NCBI GenBank assembly: GCA_003504275.1
Contig: DOAO01000009.1
Coordinates: 24,405 to 88,404 of the forward strand
Origin: Patescibacteria group bacterium
Lineage (GTDB): Bacteria; Patescibacteriota; Minisyncoccia; Phycocordibacterales; UBA12445
Length of the DNA stretch: 64,000 nt
Direction: 5' to 3'
Shown: piece by piece, positions 25,752-36,404 of the stretch
Position numbering within the stretch: position 1 is the first letter of the stretch
How the letters are laid out: the number at the start of each line of letters is the position of its first letter
The notes under the pieces: model-generated
Told to the model about the DNA's origin: nothing
The model's database searches: none
The model's input: only the letters and a program-made list of their open reading frames with translations
Made by a program: the position numbers and the translations under genes

Positions 25752-26897
25752 TTATTCCCTAATAGGACGTTTTAGATATTTTTTACCTTTGAGCTTTTCC
25801 GGCAAAAGGTCTTCTTTTGTATATTGTTCATATCCCTTACCGTAGTCCAGTTTTTCCATAAGCTTTGTAACAGGATTTCTTATTTTGAGAGGTATTTGAA
25901 GATTCCCATATTTCTCAGCATCGGCGAGGGCTTCCTGAATACCGTCATACGAACTCCTCTCTTTTGGTGCAAGAGATAAGTAACTCGCGCCATGAGCAAG
26001 ATTTATACGACACTCAGGAAGTCCAACAGTTTCCACTGCACGAAATACTGCATTTGCTACAACGAGAGCTGTCGGCTGGGCCAATCCTATATCTTCCGAG
26101 GCAAAAATAACCATTCTTCTAGCAATAAATATCGGATCTTCTCCTGCCGTTATCATTCTGGCTAGATAGTAAAGCGCGGCGTCCGGATTTGAAGCTCTCA
26201 TACTTTTTATAAATGCACTTATTGTATTGTGATGTTCCTCCCCCTTTTTATCAAAACGTAAGAATTTATTCTGAAGAGTCTGTTTTAAATTCTCAATATT
26301 TATTTTTCCATAAAACTTCTCCGTATTTTCAAGCATTGTTATGGCCGATCTCGCATCTCCATTCGCCATATTTATAAGCCACTCTTTTGCTTCCTTGTTT
26401 AGTTTTATTTTTGTTCTTCCTATGATCTTCTCCATCTCCGCATTGCCGTGTTCCTTGAGAGTGAATACTCTGCATCTTGAAAGTAATGGGGATATTATCT
26501 CAAAGCTTGGGTTTTCTGTAGTAGCTCCTATAAAAGTTAATTTTCCGCTCTCAACAAAAGGCAGGAGAAAATCTTGTTGTGCTTTATTAAATCGGTGGAT
26601 CTCATCTAGAAAAAGTATTTTTGGTCTGCCAAAATTATCTAGGGCAATTATTTTCTTAATATCATCTTTTCCCGCAGATACGGCAGATAGCTCAAAAAAG
26701 TCTGCCTCAATAGAATTGGCATATATTTTAGCTAACGTTGTCTTGCCGACTCCTGGTGGACCCCAAAGCACGAAAGAAAATAGATGTTTGCCTTCTATGG
26801 CAATTCTTAATGGTTTGTTGTCCCCAACAAGATGCTCTTGTCCCACGAATTCATCAAGATTTTGAGGTCGTATTTTATAAGCTAATGGCTCTGACAT
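25752..26897 (-). CDS. rarA: Replication-associated recombination protein RarA/MgsA (AAA+)
   Basis: GPPGVGKTTLA Walker A, RarA-type C-terminal domain. Confidence 0.85.
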   Translation of the reverse strand: MSEPLAYKIRPQNLDEFVGQEHLVGDNKPLRIAIEGKHLFSFVLWGPPGVGKTTLAKIYANSIEADFFELSAVSAGKDDIKKIIALDNFGRPKILFLDEIHRFNKAQQDFLLPFVESGKLTFIGATTENPSFEIISPLLSRCRVFTLKEHGNAEMEKIIGRTKIKLNKEAKEWLINMANGDARSAITMLENTEKFYGKINIENLKQTLQNKFLRFDKKGEEHHNTISAFIKSMRASNPDAALYYLARMITAGEDPIFIARRMVIFASEDIGLAQPTALVVANAVFRAVETVGLPECRINLAHGASYLSLAPKERSSYDGIQEALADAEKYGNLQIPLKIRNPVTKLMEKLDYGKGYEQYTKEDLLPEKLKGKKYLKRPIRE

Positions 26898-26990
26898 AAA
26901 CATATACTACCCTCCGGCTATTTTTTGTCCAAATTTACCCGCAAAAATTTTACAAAATGAAATGCAGTAAAATTTTTGCGGGTAGTTTCT

Positions 26991-27710
26991 CTATTTTTTC
27001 AGATACAGTTGTCGCTTCTCTTCTGGCAATCTCTCTATCGCATATCTAAGCATCGTGCGGGGCATTGTTTTGTGATGTTTTTGAAGAAACTCTTCCTCGA
27101 TATTTTCTCCACATCTTTTACCAACCTCTCTTAACATCCATCCACAAGCCTTATGTATTAGATCGCTTTTATCTTTAAGTAGTTTCTCGGATATTTTTAA
27201 TGTGTCCTCACAGTCTCCATCCTTAATAAAAGTGAAAGTAGAAATTATTGCAATCCTTCTTTCCCATAAATCTTCTGACTTAGCGTATTTATACAGAAGA
27301 AGCCTGTCTTTTTTCTTCAGATATTCGCCAATAATATTTGGTGCGGTTAAATCTACTAAATCCCAATTATTTATTTGTTTGATGTTTCTATTATAGAGAT
27401 TAAAAATCTCCCTTTTTCCTTTTTCATCAGCACTCTTAAATTTCAATACCAGAATAAGAAGTGCTGTTAACCTTTCTTCGTGATATTTACTCTGTAATAA
27501 TTTTGAAACTTCCTCTGGCGATAAGTTCTTAAACTCTTGTGTAATTGTTCTTATCTTCGGAACAACAACTCCGAGGAATTTATCTCCTGCACCATATTCC
27601 CCTTTTCCTGTCTTAAAAAAACCACGAAGAACTTTGGCCTTCTCGGGGTCAGCAATCTTTTTTAGAGCTCTTTTGGCGTCGATAGCCCTTAATGGTATTT
27701 TGTCGGGCAT
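26991..27710 (-). CDS. DNA alkylation repair protein (AlkD-like HEAT-repeat glycosylase family)
   Basis: WERRIAI and GWMLRE motifs typical of this family. Confidence 0.7.
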   Translation of the reverse strand: MPDKIPLRAIDAKRALKKIADPEKAKVLRGFFKTGKGEYGAGDKFLGVVVPKIRTITQEFKNLSPEEVSKLLQSKYHEERLTALLILVLKFKSADEKGKREIFNLYNRNIKQINNWDLVDLTAPNIIGEYLKKKDRLLLYKYAKSEDLWERRIAIISTFTFIKDGDCEDTLKISEKLLKDKSDLIHKACGWMLREVGKRCGENIEEEFLQKHHKTMPRTMLRYAIERLPEEKRQLYLKK

Positions 27711-27711
27711 T

Positions 27712-29361
27712 TTAATCTATTGTTAATCTGACCAATCTAATATCCTCAAAACTAAATCCGGCACCAAGTTTATTTTTTGCCGGAGAAAGAAGATACTTAC
27801 CTCCCTCTTTTCCTCCTTTAATGAGTGCTTCTTTTATTTTATTTTGCCTAGCAGAGCTGATTATTTTTGCCAATTTAGAAAAATCAAATTCAGGATTCGT
27901 TAATCTTATTTTTTCACAATGGTCTAATATTGTTCCCGTGTTTAAATCGCGTTCAACGCTTATTTCCAAAAGTGTTTTGCCTTCATCTAGCATCTTTTTT
28001 GTTATTTCATACGTGGTCAGCTTCTTCTTTTTTATTTTTTTGCCATGCGGAGATATTTTGTTTAAAAATTCCCCCTGCTTTTCTTTGATTATATCTAAAT
28101 CCATATTGCGAAGCTCTTCTCCATGTTCCAGTGACCTATCACTAAACTGTCTATCAAAATCAAGAACCTCTTCGTCCATCTTCAAAGCTACATCATTTAA
28201 ACCCGCCAAAAACAGCCCCTCAAGCGACCTTATTCGCGAAAGAGCCACATATCCCATTCCGTTCTCAAAAGCTCGAGATAGGTCAATTTGAGCACAATCA
28301 AGGCTCATTCCTTGGCTTTTGTGGACAGTTATGGCCCACGCTAAGCGTAATGGATACTGCCCTATTTGGGCCTTAATTTTACCATCTTCTTCTATGACCC
28401 AAGTGGCAGGTAGAACATTTATTATCTTACCCTTAGTCGTTCGAACCATGATTCCGGAGCTATCACAAGAGGTTACAATACCTTGTGTTCCATTGACATA
28501 ACCTTCCTCAAAATTATTTTTTGTAAACATTACTCTCGCATTTTTTTTAAGTCGCAATATTTCCGGAGACAAACATCCCTTCTTTAGGGTGGTTGCGAGA
28601 AATTCCTGTCCCTTGTTGGTCATTTCATACTCAAATACTTTTCCTGGGAGTTTTTGAAGTTCCTTTTCATTTTCCTCATCCACGTTCGCATTGTGGGTGT
28701 AAATTTTTGTAGGTTTTTCTTCTTCTTTAGGCTCCTTACCAAAACGAGTTTTCAATTTTTTAATAATTTCCGAAGATACGTTATTCTCTCTGATCGAGTT
28801 AAGAATTTCCAAAAAAGATTCATCGTTTTGTCTATGTTGTTCGTTAAGATAACATATTTTTGGAGATAAATTTTTCCAACTTTCTGAATGATATGCGAAA
28901 AGTGCTTCCCTTTCTCCCATTCTAGAGACAGGTGGGAGCTGGAAAAAGTCTCCGCAAAATATTACTTGTAGTCCACCAAATGGTAAATTATTCCTCTTAA
29001 AAGAGCGCAAAATCTGTTCCACCAAATCCAAGCGAAAATGATGAAGCATTGATATCTCATCAATAATGAGAACTTTTGCCCGTTCAAATCTCTTCCATAG
29101 ATAAGGCTTTTCTTCGAGACTCTCTAGGTCATAGGGCGAAAGCGAATCCCTTATCCCAAGCCCCGACCAGGCATGTATTGTCTGTCCACACATATGAGAA
29201 GCAGCGATACCTGTAGCTGCGGTAATCCCCACTTCAACATCATTATTTTTTAGATAATTTATATATTCATTTAAAAGGTGTGTTTTTCCGCTTCCGGCTG
29301 GACCGGTAATAAAAGCGTTATGCCCCATCTTTAATATGTCCAAGGCTTCCTTTTGTGTCAT
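27712..29361 (-). CDS. Pif1/RecD-family 5'-3' DNA helicase
   Basis: Walker A GPAGSGKTH, motif Ia ATGIAA, IIDEISM, FCGDFFQLPPV. Its stop lies 1 nt from the AlkD-like start. Confidence 0.8.
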   Translation of the reverse strand: MTQKEALDILKMGHNAFITGPAGSGKTHLLNEYINYLKNNDVEVGITAATGIAASHMCGQTIHAWSGLGIRDSLSPYDLESLEEKPYLWKRFERAKVLIIDEISMLHHFRLDLVEQILRSFKRNNLPFGGLQVIFCGDFFQLPPVSRMGEREALFAYHSESWKNLSPKICYLNEQHRQNDESFLEILNSIRENNVSSEIIKKLKTRFGKEPKEEEKPTKIYTHNANVDEENEKELQKLPGKVFEYEMTNKGQEFLATTLKKGCLSPEILRLKKNARVMFTKNNFEEGYVNGTQGIVTSCDSSGIMVRTTKGKIINVLPATWVIEEDGKIKAQIGQYPLRLAWAITVHKSQGMSLDCAQIDLSRAFENGMGYVALSRIRSLEGLFLAGLNDVALKMDEEVLDFDRQFSDRSLEHGEELRNMDLDIIKEKQGEFLNKISPHGKKIKKKKLTTYEITKKMLDEGKTLLEISVERDLNTGTILDHCEKIRLTNPEFDFSKLAKIISSARQNKIKEALIKGGKEGGKYLLSPAKNKLGAGFSFEDIRLVRLTID

Positions 29362-29440
29362 AGATGTGTCTACTATATCAGAAAATTGGTAATTAAAAAC
29401 ACCGCCGATATGGCGTAATATTTTTATATCTTACTTAGAT

Positions 29441-29866
29441 TTATTGATTTTTCTTAACAAATGATTCTACGTGAGAAATGGCATCATCGATATTAGTATA
29501 TGATGCCACAAAAAAATCATCACAGCCCGAGATCATTGCTGAAATTTTTTTGTCGTTATTTTTATGGATACACAAAATAGGCTTTTTTTGATGTTTAGAC
29601 TCATTAAGCTCTATACCCACTCCATGGCTAGGAGAAGTTATTTCTGCAACCACAAAATCAGCTTCTTTGAGCCACCTCATATCACGAGACTCTATCTCTT
29701 TGTCAGTTAATTTTTTTTCTTTGTGAAGCATTTTTTCATTACCAACATGTTCCGTTAAAACAATATAGCGTTTTTTAAGCTCCTTAATTATTCTGAGATA
29801 ATTTTTCCTATCTGCTTCGGCCCCGCGTATTGAACCAGCAAAATATATTTTTATGTCCTTATTCAT
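29441..29866 (-). CDS. 2'-deoxynucleoside 5'-phosphate N-hydrolase (DNPH1/Rcl-like; nucleoside deoxyribosyltransferase fold)
   Basis: Close match to the DNPH1 pattern: YFAGSIRG...VLTEHV...DFVVAEITSPSHGVGIEL...KPILC...ISAMI. Confidence 0.8.
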   Translation of the reverse strand: MNKDIKIYFAGSIRGAEADRKNYLRIIKELKKRYIVLTEHVGNEKMLHKEKKLTDKEIESRDMRWLKEADFVVAEITSPSHGVGIELNESKHQKKPILCIHKNNDKKISAMISGCDDFFVASYTNIDDAISHVESFVKKNQ

Positions 29867-29877
29867 TCCAATATCAA

Positions 29878-30804
29878 TTAAATAGTTAAATCTACAATAG
29901 ATATATCCTGATAGTACTCATATCCATTTTTAGGTTCTTTTTTCATTCCCCTACCTACTAAATATTTTAGCCACTTTTTATTATTTAAAACATTGCAGAC
30001 TTTTAAAGGTACGGTCATCGAATCAATTTTTTTTGAAATAATTCCGCTTTCATTTATTGTTTTATCAACTTCTTTTTCAGAAAGACTGGAGATATTAGAA
30101 ATAAATCTTCCACTGTTGTTCAAATTATTCTTTAAATTATTTATCAAATATTTCAATAGTCCAACACCTTCGTACGGATTATCATCTATACTCCCGGGCC
30201 TTGGTATATAGGGCGGATTACATATAATCAAATCAAATTTTTTGTTCCTAAGAAACTTAATGGCATCTCCGCACACAAATTTAGCTCTTTTGTCTTTTAT
30301 ATTATCCTTACAGCATTGTATGGAATTGGGATTTAGGTCGACAAGGGTTATTTTTTCTATGTTAGTAAATTTTTCAAGCAAGTATTTTGAGATAAATCCG
30401 GAACCGGCGCCAATTTCAATAACGGTTTTTAACCTGGATAATTGCCTTGGTAATTTATTTAATCCGCGACAGAAAAATAGTGTGTCTATGCTCGGACCCC
30501 AAGCTCCCCTATATTTTAGTTGCTCAAAATTTATTGAAACACCATTATATTCTGTTATTCTTTTTGGAGATTCATAGAGCTTAAGTATCGTGTCTCTGAT
30601 TGTCGGGTCAAATTCACATATTTTGTATGCGTCAGTTACTAGGACAGGATTTTTAATCAAAGCAACATGTTTTTCTTTGTCTTCAGAATAACTGTAGATT
30701 CGTTCATTTTTGTCGCCTCTATCTAAACCCATGACACTCGAGAGCTCGTCGCCATTGGCGTAAATATCTTGTCTTTTGAGGTCTTTAGAAAATTTTAATA
30801 TCAC
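29878..30804 (-). CDS. Class I SAM-dependent methyltransferase with NPPY motif (HemK/PrmC-like small-domain family), with an N-terminal extension
   Basis: Motif I IEIGAGSGF and motif IV ICNPPY about 60 aa downstream. Confidence 0.6.
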   Translation of the reverse strand: MILKFSKDLKRQDIYANGDELSSVMGLDRGDKNERIYSYSEDKEKHVALIKNPVLVTDAYKICEFDPTIRDTILKLYESPKRITEYNGVSINFEQLKYRGAWGPSIDTLFFCRGLNKLPRQLSRLKTVIEIGAGSGFISKYLLEKFTNIEKITLVDLNPNSIQCCKDNIKDKRAKFVCGDAIKFLRNKKFDLIICNPPYIPRPGSIDDNPYEGVGLLKYLINNLKNNLNNSGRFISNISSLSEKEVDKTINESGIISKKIDSMTVPLKVCNVLNNKKWLKYLVGRGMKKEPKNGYEYYQDISIVDLTI

Positions 30805-30877
30805 TGTTTTTATAAGTAGATTTTAGCTCAAATAGTTACTCTCGATTTCTTTAAGTAGGTTGAACGTGACTATATCT

Positions 30878-32278
30878 TTAGAAATCGGCGTTTCCCGGGG
30901 TCCTTGGAAAAGGTATCACATCTCTTATGTTTTCCATTCCGGTCAAATACATAATCATTCTTTCAAAACCAAGACCAAAACCGGCGTGTTTGGCTCCTCC
31001 AAATTTTCTGAGATCTAGATACCAAGAGTAATCCTCTTCATGAAGTCCCAATTCTTTTATTCTTGCGGTCAGTCTGTCATATCTTTCCTCTCTCTGTGAA
31101 CCGCCGATTATCTCTCCAATACCAGGAACAAGTAGGTCCATAGCAGCAACAGTCTTTCCATCATCATTTTGCCTCATATAGAAAGCTTTGAAATCCTTTG
31201 GGTAATCTGTTACGAACACCGGCTTGTTGAATATTTTCTCAGTCAAATATCTTTCGTGTTCCGTCTGAAGTTCCTTACCCCATCCGACAGGATACTCAAA
31301 TTTACTTTTTTCTTCTGCGGGAAGATTTTCAAGTAATTTCACAGCATCGGTATAAGAAACTCTTTCGAATGATGAATTCAAAACATTCTGGAGTCTCTCC
31401 ATAAGAGCGGTATCAATAAACTTATTGAAGAAATTCATTTCCTCAGGAGCATTATCGATAACATACTTAATAATGTATTTGATCATCTCTTCAGCTAAGT
31501 CAGCATCTTCTTTTAATCCGGCAAAGGCTATTTCAGGCTCTACCATCCAGAATTCTGCAGCGTGTCTTTTTGTATTTGAATTCTCTGCCCTAAAAGTTGG
31601 TCCGAATGTATATATTTTATTGAAGGCCATCGCAAACGTCTCTCCTTCCAATTGTCCGCTTACCGTGAGGTTTGTTTCTTTTCCAAAAAAGTCTTTTGTA
31701 TAATCAATTTCCCCCTTGTCGGTTTTTATCGGATTTTTCAAATCCTGTGTTGTGACGTGGAACATTTCTCCTGCGCCCTCAGCATCGCTACCTGTAATTA
31801 TAGGTGTATGTACGTAAACGAATCCTTTTTCATTAAAGAATTTGTGGATAGCAAAAGCAGCAAGACTTCTTACTCTGAAAACAGCCGAGAAAGTATTTGA
31901 CCTCGGCCTCAAGTGCGCAATCGTTCTAAGATATTCAAAAGTATGTCTCTTTTTCTGTAATGGGTAGCTTTCTTCGGAATCAGCAACGATTTCTATCTTT
32001 TCTGCCTTCAACTCAAAAGCCTGTTCTTTGGCTGGAGACTTTACCATCTCTCCGTCCACAGATATCGCAGATCCTATTTTAACTTTTTCTATATCCTTAA
32101 AGTTAGATAATTTATCGTCAAAAACAATCTGAAGGTTCTTAAAAAATGTTCCATCATTTAATTCTATGAAGCCGAATGAGCCCGAAGACCTAGCGGTTCT
32201 TACCCATCCATTAACACTTATTTTGGAACCGATAAGTTTTTCTCCTTCTTTAAAAATATCTTTGTTTTCTAATTTCAT
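30878..32278 (-). CDS. asnS: Asparagine--tRNA ligase
   Basis: GWVRTAR N-terminal OB fold, class IIb motifs 1-3 ([12 protein letters not shown]), 466 aa. Confidence 0.8.
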   Translation of the reverse strand: MKLENKDIFKEGEKLIGSKISVNGWVRTARSSGSFGFIELNDGTFFKNLQIVFDDKLSNFKDIEKVKIGSAISVDGEMVKSPAKEQAFELKAEKIEIVADSEESYPLQKKRHTFEYLRTIAHLRPRSNTFSAVFRVRSLAAFAIHKFFNEKGFVYVHTPIITGSDAEGAGEMFHVTTQDLKNPIKTDKGEIDYTKDFFGKETNLTVSGQLEGETFAMAFNKIYTFGPTFRAENSNTKRHAAEFWMVEPEIAFAGLKEDADLAEEMIKYIIKYVIDNAPEEMNFFNKFIDTALMERLQNVLNSSFERVSYTDAVKLLENLPAEEKSKFEYPVGWGKELQTEHERYLTEKIFNKPVFVTDYPKDFKAFYMRQNDDGKTVAAMDLLVPGIGEIIGGSQREERYDRLTARIKELGLHEEDYSWYLDLRKFGGAKHAGFGLGFERMIMYLTGMENIRDVIPFPRTPGNADF

Positions 32279-32420
32279 AGGTTTAAATATATACTTTTTG
32301 GACCTTATTTCAACCCCGTAGTGAAATTTTGGCTTGATTATTTTTTTTAAAAAATAATCGTGAAAAATATTATAAATATTTTTTGAGCCAAAATTCTACT
32401 ACGGGGTCAAGATTTTAAAA

Positions 32421-33407
32421 CTATCGTAAAAATTCTTCTATATTCTTAAGATGTTCAGTGTATTCTTTTGCACAATGTATTTTGCCGAGCGGATCATGTA
32501 AATAAAATATACAATCTGTTTTTTCTGGATATATTGTAGCCCTTAGAGCCTCAACTCCGGGATTACAAATCGGATGTGGCGGTAATCCCTTATACATATA
32601 TGTATTATATGGAGAATCTATTTTTTTATCAGCAGGAGAAATAGGAGACCACCAATCTTTATTCCTATCTCCTTTTACATATTGAATAGTTGCGTCCACT
32701 TCAAGCTTCATTCCTTTATCTAACCTATTCCACAATATACCAGATATAAGAGACACGTCGTCTCTATCAGAAGCTTCTCTTTGAATAATGGAGGCAAGTT
32801 TGACCACGGTAGTCCATTTTATATTTTGTTTTATGGCATCTTTGGCAAATTCAGCATATTTTTCTTCAAATTTAGAGCGAAGTCGCTTCGCAACCTCTGG
32901 ACCCGTTTCTTCTGTGGGTATTAAATATGTATCAGGAAAATATACTCCCTCAAAATATTCGGGAGATTTTGCGGTATCCTCCATTATCCATTTGTCTATT
33001 TTTGCTTTTTCCCAATTCAGTTCCCTTCCTAATATTTGCGCAATCTCTTCTTTGCGAATACCCTCTGGAATAGTAACCCACTTCATATATGGAGAAGATG
33101 TGAGGACTCCAGCCACCTGCCAAGCGCTCATTGAATTAGATATTTTATAGGCACCTGGTTCTATCTGATGTCCGAATTTTTTCCAGTTGATAGCAAAATT
33201 AAAAGCCCATTCGTTCGTTATAAATCCACCATCTTTTAATTGTTTTATTACTTCCAGATTGTTTGTATTTTTTGCAACAATAAACCTTTCTAGTGTTGTG
33301 TTTACCCCCGGTGCGCCAAAGCCACCTAAATAATAGACTGTAGAAAATATGGTCGCCACAACAAGAGTCGCCACCAAAATAAATTTTAACCAATATTTAT
33401 TTACCAT
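32421..33407 (-). CDS. mltG: Endolytic murein transglycosylase MltG (YceG-like)
   Basis: N-terminal TM and the YceG motif YNTYMYKGLPPHPICNPG. Confidence 0.85.
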   Translation of the reverse strand: MVNKYWLKFILVATLVVATIFSTVYYLGGFGAPGVNTTLERFIVAKNTNNLEVIKQLKDGGFITNEWAFNFAINWKKFGHQIEPGAYKISNSMSAWQVAGVLTSSPYMKWVTIPEGIRKEEIAQILGRELNWEKAKIDKWIMEDTAKSPEYFEGVYFPDTYLIPTEETGPEVAKRLRSKFEEKYAEFAKDAIKQNIKWTTVVKLASIIQREASDRDDVSLISGILWNRLDKGMKLEVDATIQYVKGDRNKDWWSPISPADKKIDSPYNTYMYKGLPPHPICNPGVEALRATIYPEKTDCIFYLHDPLGKIHCAKEYTEHLKNIEEFLR

Positions 33408-33450
33408 TGGTTTGATTTTAACACCTGGGTCGATTCTTTAAAAGGCGTCC

Positions 33451-34188
33451 TTATCTAGAGAATATCTTTGTTCTTTTTAGTTTGTATAGAAGAACCGGCA
33501 TTTTTAGAGCTTTTTCTAAATTCTCGCAAAACCCCCTTATAAATGTCCCACTGGAAACTTTTATCTTAAAAGAAAATGTCTGAAAATTTTTTATTTCTGT
33601 TTTCAACAAAAGCTCCTTCCATTTTTCTAGAATTTCTTTTTGTCTAAATTCCCCTCTGACATTTGGAATAACTTTAAAAATATCCGACTCTAATTTTTTC
33701 TTTGATATTTTAGAAAATTTTATATTAGTTATTTTATGAATTTTAATTTTTATTGTGGGTCTCTTTACGTTATCTGTTTCTCCATCCTTGTATATATCGA
33801 ACATCTTCTTTCCCTTGATAGTTTTACCGGAAAACCACGGGTATTTTTGAGTTTTTATTTTTTTTAAATTTATTATCTCTTTTTTAATTTTATTTTCCAC
33901 AATAACTACCCCTTCTTTTTGAGTGTTCATCAAAAAACCCATAATATCGCCAGAATCTGTGGAAATGCCGACTAAAAAAGTCGCCTCATATTCTTTATTA
34001 AAATTGAGATATTTAGAACGATTTTTATTCTCCTTATTACCAACGAGCAATATCATTTCTCCTTCCGCCATAGGGTCAAGCCGTCCTATGTACGAGATTT
34101 TTTCTTTTTTTAGTAATTTTTTATTTTTTCGCACTATTTCTAGCGCAACGAGTGGTGTTTCTCCTCTTTTCTTGTTGATAAATAACAT
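33451..34188 (-). CDS. truB: tRNA pseudouridine(55) synthase TruB
   Basis: Catalytic motif GRLDPMAEG. Confidence 0.8.
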   Translation of the reverse strand: MLFINKKRGETPLVALEIVRKNKKLLKKEKISYIGRLDPMAEGEMILLVGNKENKNRSKYLNFNKEYEATFLVGISTDSGDIMGFLMNTQKEGVVIVENKIKKEIINLKKIKTQKYPWFSGKTIKGKKMFDIYKDGETDNVKRPTIKIKIHKITNIKFSKISKKKLESDIFKVIPNVRGEFRQKEILEKWKELLLKTEIKNFQTFSFKIKVSSGTFIRGFCENLEKALKMPVLLYKLKRTKIFSR

Positions 34189-34190
34189 TG

Positions 34191-35483
34191 CTATTGCCTT
34201 GGGGGACAGATTTTTCTTAATTTTTCAAGCTCATTTTTTAATTCTACCATTCTAGCCTCTCGTCCCAATAAAAGTTTATTCAACTTATCTATTGTTTCCA
34301 TATGGTGATAGGTATTTTTTTCAATCATTTTTCTATTGGTTATATCAGTAATAAATGAATAATAAAATTCAGGATTTCCTGAAGTGTCTCTTTTGATGTG
34401 TGCAAATATTTCTATCGGAATTATTGTTCTGTCTTTTTTTATATATTCTTTTTCAAATCGAACAGGGATTCCTGTTTTATTTAATTCTTTTAATTTTTCA
34501 TACTCCATATCTAACCATTTTTGCGGAGTTAAATCCACGCTCCATTGTATATTACTTAGTTCTTCTCTAGAGTATCCTGTTAGACTACAAAACGCTTTAT
34601 TAAATAGCCCCAACCTTCCATCCGGATATGCAATAGCAAAAGGCTGTTCTGAATTTTCTAAAAGATCGGCTAGAAAATCCATCTTTTCTCTGTTTTGAGA
34701 TATGTTGTGTTCTGTATTTTTCTGATTGGTAATATCCTGAATTAAAGGAAGAAAATATAAAGGATTACCATTCTTATCCTTGACCATACGAACGGAAACA
34801 TTTCCCCACACTGTACCACCATCCTTAGTCAGATATCTTTTTTCTGTATTATAAACCTCCATTTTACCTTCAAGAATTTTATTTACATTTTCAATATCCC
34901 TACTTACATCGTCGGTATGTGTTATATCTGTAAACTTTTTAAAAAGCAATTCGCTTTCTTCATATTTGAGCATTTTGCAGAGTGTCTTGTTTACTCTAAT
35001 AAATTGAAAATCAGTATTTAGAACAGCGGCACCTATTGGAGACTGATCAAAAACAAGCCTGAACATGGACTCGCTCTTGTGTAAAATCTCCTCGGCTATT
35101 TTTAAATTAGTAATATCCTCAGCGGTACCCAATACTTCCTTAACCCTCCCTATTTCATTTTTAGAAAAAATTATTTCTCTGCTTTTTAACCACCTCCATC
35201 CGTCTCCCGATGATTTTAATCTATATTCTATTTCTAAAATTTCATCTTCTCTGGCAAAGTCAAAAATAGAATAGTGGTCCTTAACTCTTTCTATGTCGTC
35301 AGGATGAAGAACGTTTGAAAATAATAAGGAGCCCATATTATGTATTTCTTCCTGTGTATATCCAAGAACTCGAGTTATTTCTTTATTTACATAAATATTT
35401 TTGCCTTCACTAATATCACATATGTATATTATATTTGGACTAGTATCCAAAATTTTCTGCAAAAAAAATTCCTTATTTTCCAT
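34191..35483 (-). CDS. Multi-PAS-domain sensor protein without a recognisable output domain; C-terminal coiled coil
   Basis: Three PAS-like repeats (for example the LGYTQEEI and TGYSREEL regions). Confidence 0.65.
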   Translation of the reverse strand: MENKEFFLQKILDTSPNIIYICDISEGKNIYVNKEITRVLGYTQEEIHNMGSLLFSNVLHPDDIERVKDHYSIFDFAREDEILEIEYRLKSSGDGWRWLKSREIIFSKNEIGRVKEVLGTAEDITNLKIAEEILHKSESMFRLVFDQSPIGAAVLNTDFQFIRVNKTLCKMLKYEESELLFKKFTDITHTDDVSRDIENVNKILEGKMEVYNTEKRYLTKDGGTVWGNVSVRMVKDKNGNPLYFLPLIQDITNQKNTEHNISQNREKMDFLADLLENSEQPFAIAYPDGRLGLFNKAFCSLTGYSREELSNIQWSVDLTPQKWLDMEYEKLKELNKTGIPVRFEKEYIKKDRTIIPIEIFAHIKRDTSGNPEFYYSFITDITNRKMIEKNTYHHMETIDKLNKLLLGREARMVELKNELEKLRKICPPRQ

Positions 35484-35577
35484 TAGAATATAGGTGGATT
35501 ACTTTTATAACCCATAAAATTATATTATTAAAATCCCCAAAAACCCCCGTAAAAAGATCAATTTTACACCTCCTATT

Positions 35578-36306
35578 TTATATTTTAATATTCTTCAAGC
35601 GTTTTGTATATAAAGCGATCCCAGCAGAAACGGCCACATTTAAAGATTCGCACTTTTGATCCATAGGAATTGAAACCAATTTATCGCACACGGTAAACAC
35701 TTCTTTACTAAGACCCTTTGATTCATTTCCCATTATAAATACTGTTGGATCATTAAAAGCCTCATCTTGTATCATGTTTTTTGATTCGCCATCCATACCA
35801 TAAATAGTAAAACCTTTATTTTTTAGGTCTTTTATTGTGTCTAAGACACTCCCTGTTGTGATTATTGGTACACGGAACACCATTCCCGCAGAAGTCTTAG
35901 CAACCGTACCTGTTATTGGCGCTTGTTCTCTCTCTGGGATTATTACGCCCGATGCACCAAAGGCCACTGCAGAACGAATTATCGCGCCGACATTCTGCGG
36001 ATCTTGTAACCCATCCAAAAATACAAAGAGAGAATTTGGAGTAACTGTGTATTTTTCAAAAAATCCTTCATATTTTCTAATAAGTTTTTCGGGAGAGATG
36101 CTCCCGATAACCCCCTGGTGAGAAGCGTCATTTTCTATACTCGCAGAAGAAAGTTCTCCCACAGAAATACCACTCTTTTTAATAAGAGCCTCAAGTTCAA
36201 CATCGTTTCTATCAGCCAAAAAAATCTTTGTTATGGCCTGAGGCGCACTCATAAGAGCTTCTTTTAGCGCGTGTCTGCCATAAATATAAATTTTATCTTT
36301 TTTCAC
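35578..36306 (-). CDS. rlmB: SpoU/TrmH-family RNA 2'-O-methyltransferase (RlmB-like)
   Basis: SpoU motifs LDGLQDPQNVGAIIRSA and GNESKGL. Confidence 0.8.
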   Translation of the reverse strand: MKKDKIYIYGRHALKEALMSAPQAITKIFLADRNDVELEALIKKSGISVGELSSASIENDASHQGVIGSISPEKLIRKYEGFFEKYTVTPNSLFVFLDGLQDPQNVGAIIRSAVAFGASGVIIPEREQAPITGTVAKTSAGMVFRVPIITTGSVLDTIKDLKNKGFTIYGMDGESKNMIQDEAFNDPTVFIMGNESKGLSKEVFTVCDKLVSIPMDQKCESLNVAVSAGIALYTKRLKNIKI

Positions 36307-36404
36307 GTTATTTTGTATGGAGATTAAGCTTCTATAAATATCGGGTTTATTTTACCACAATAAACTTTTTTTGTTATCATAAAAAGGATAGAATATAGCA
36401 TATA

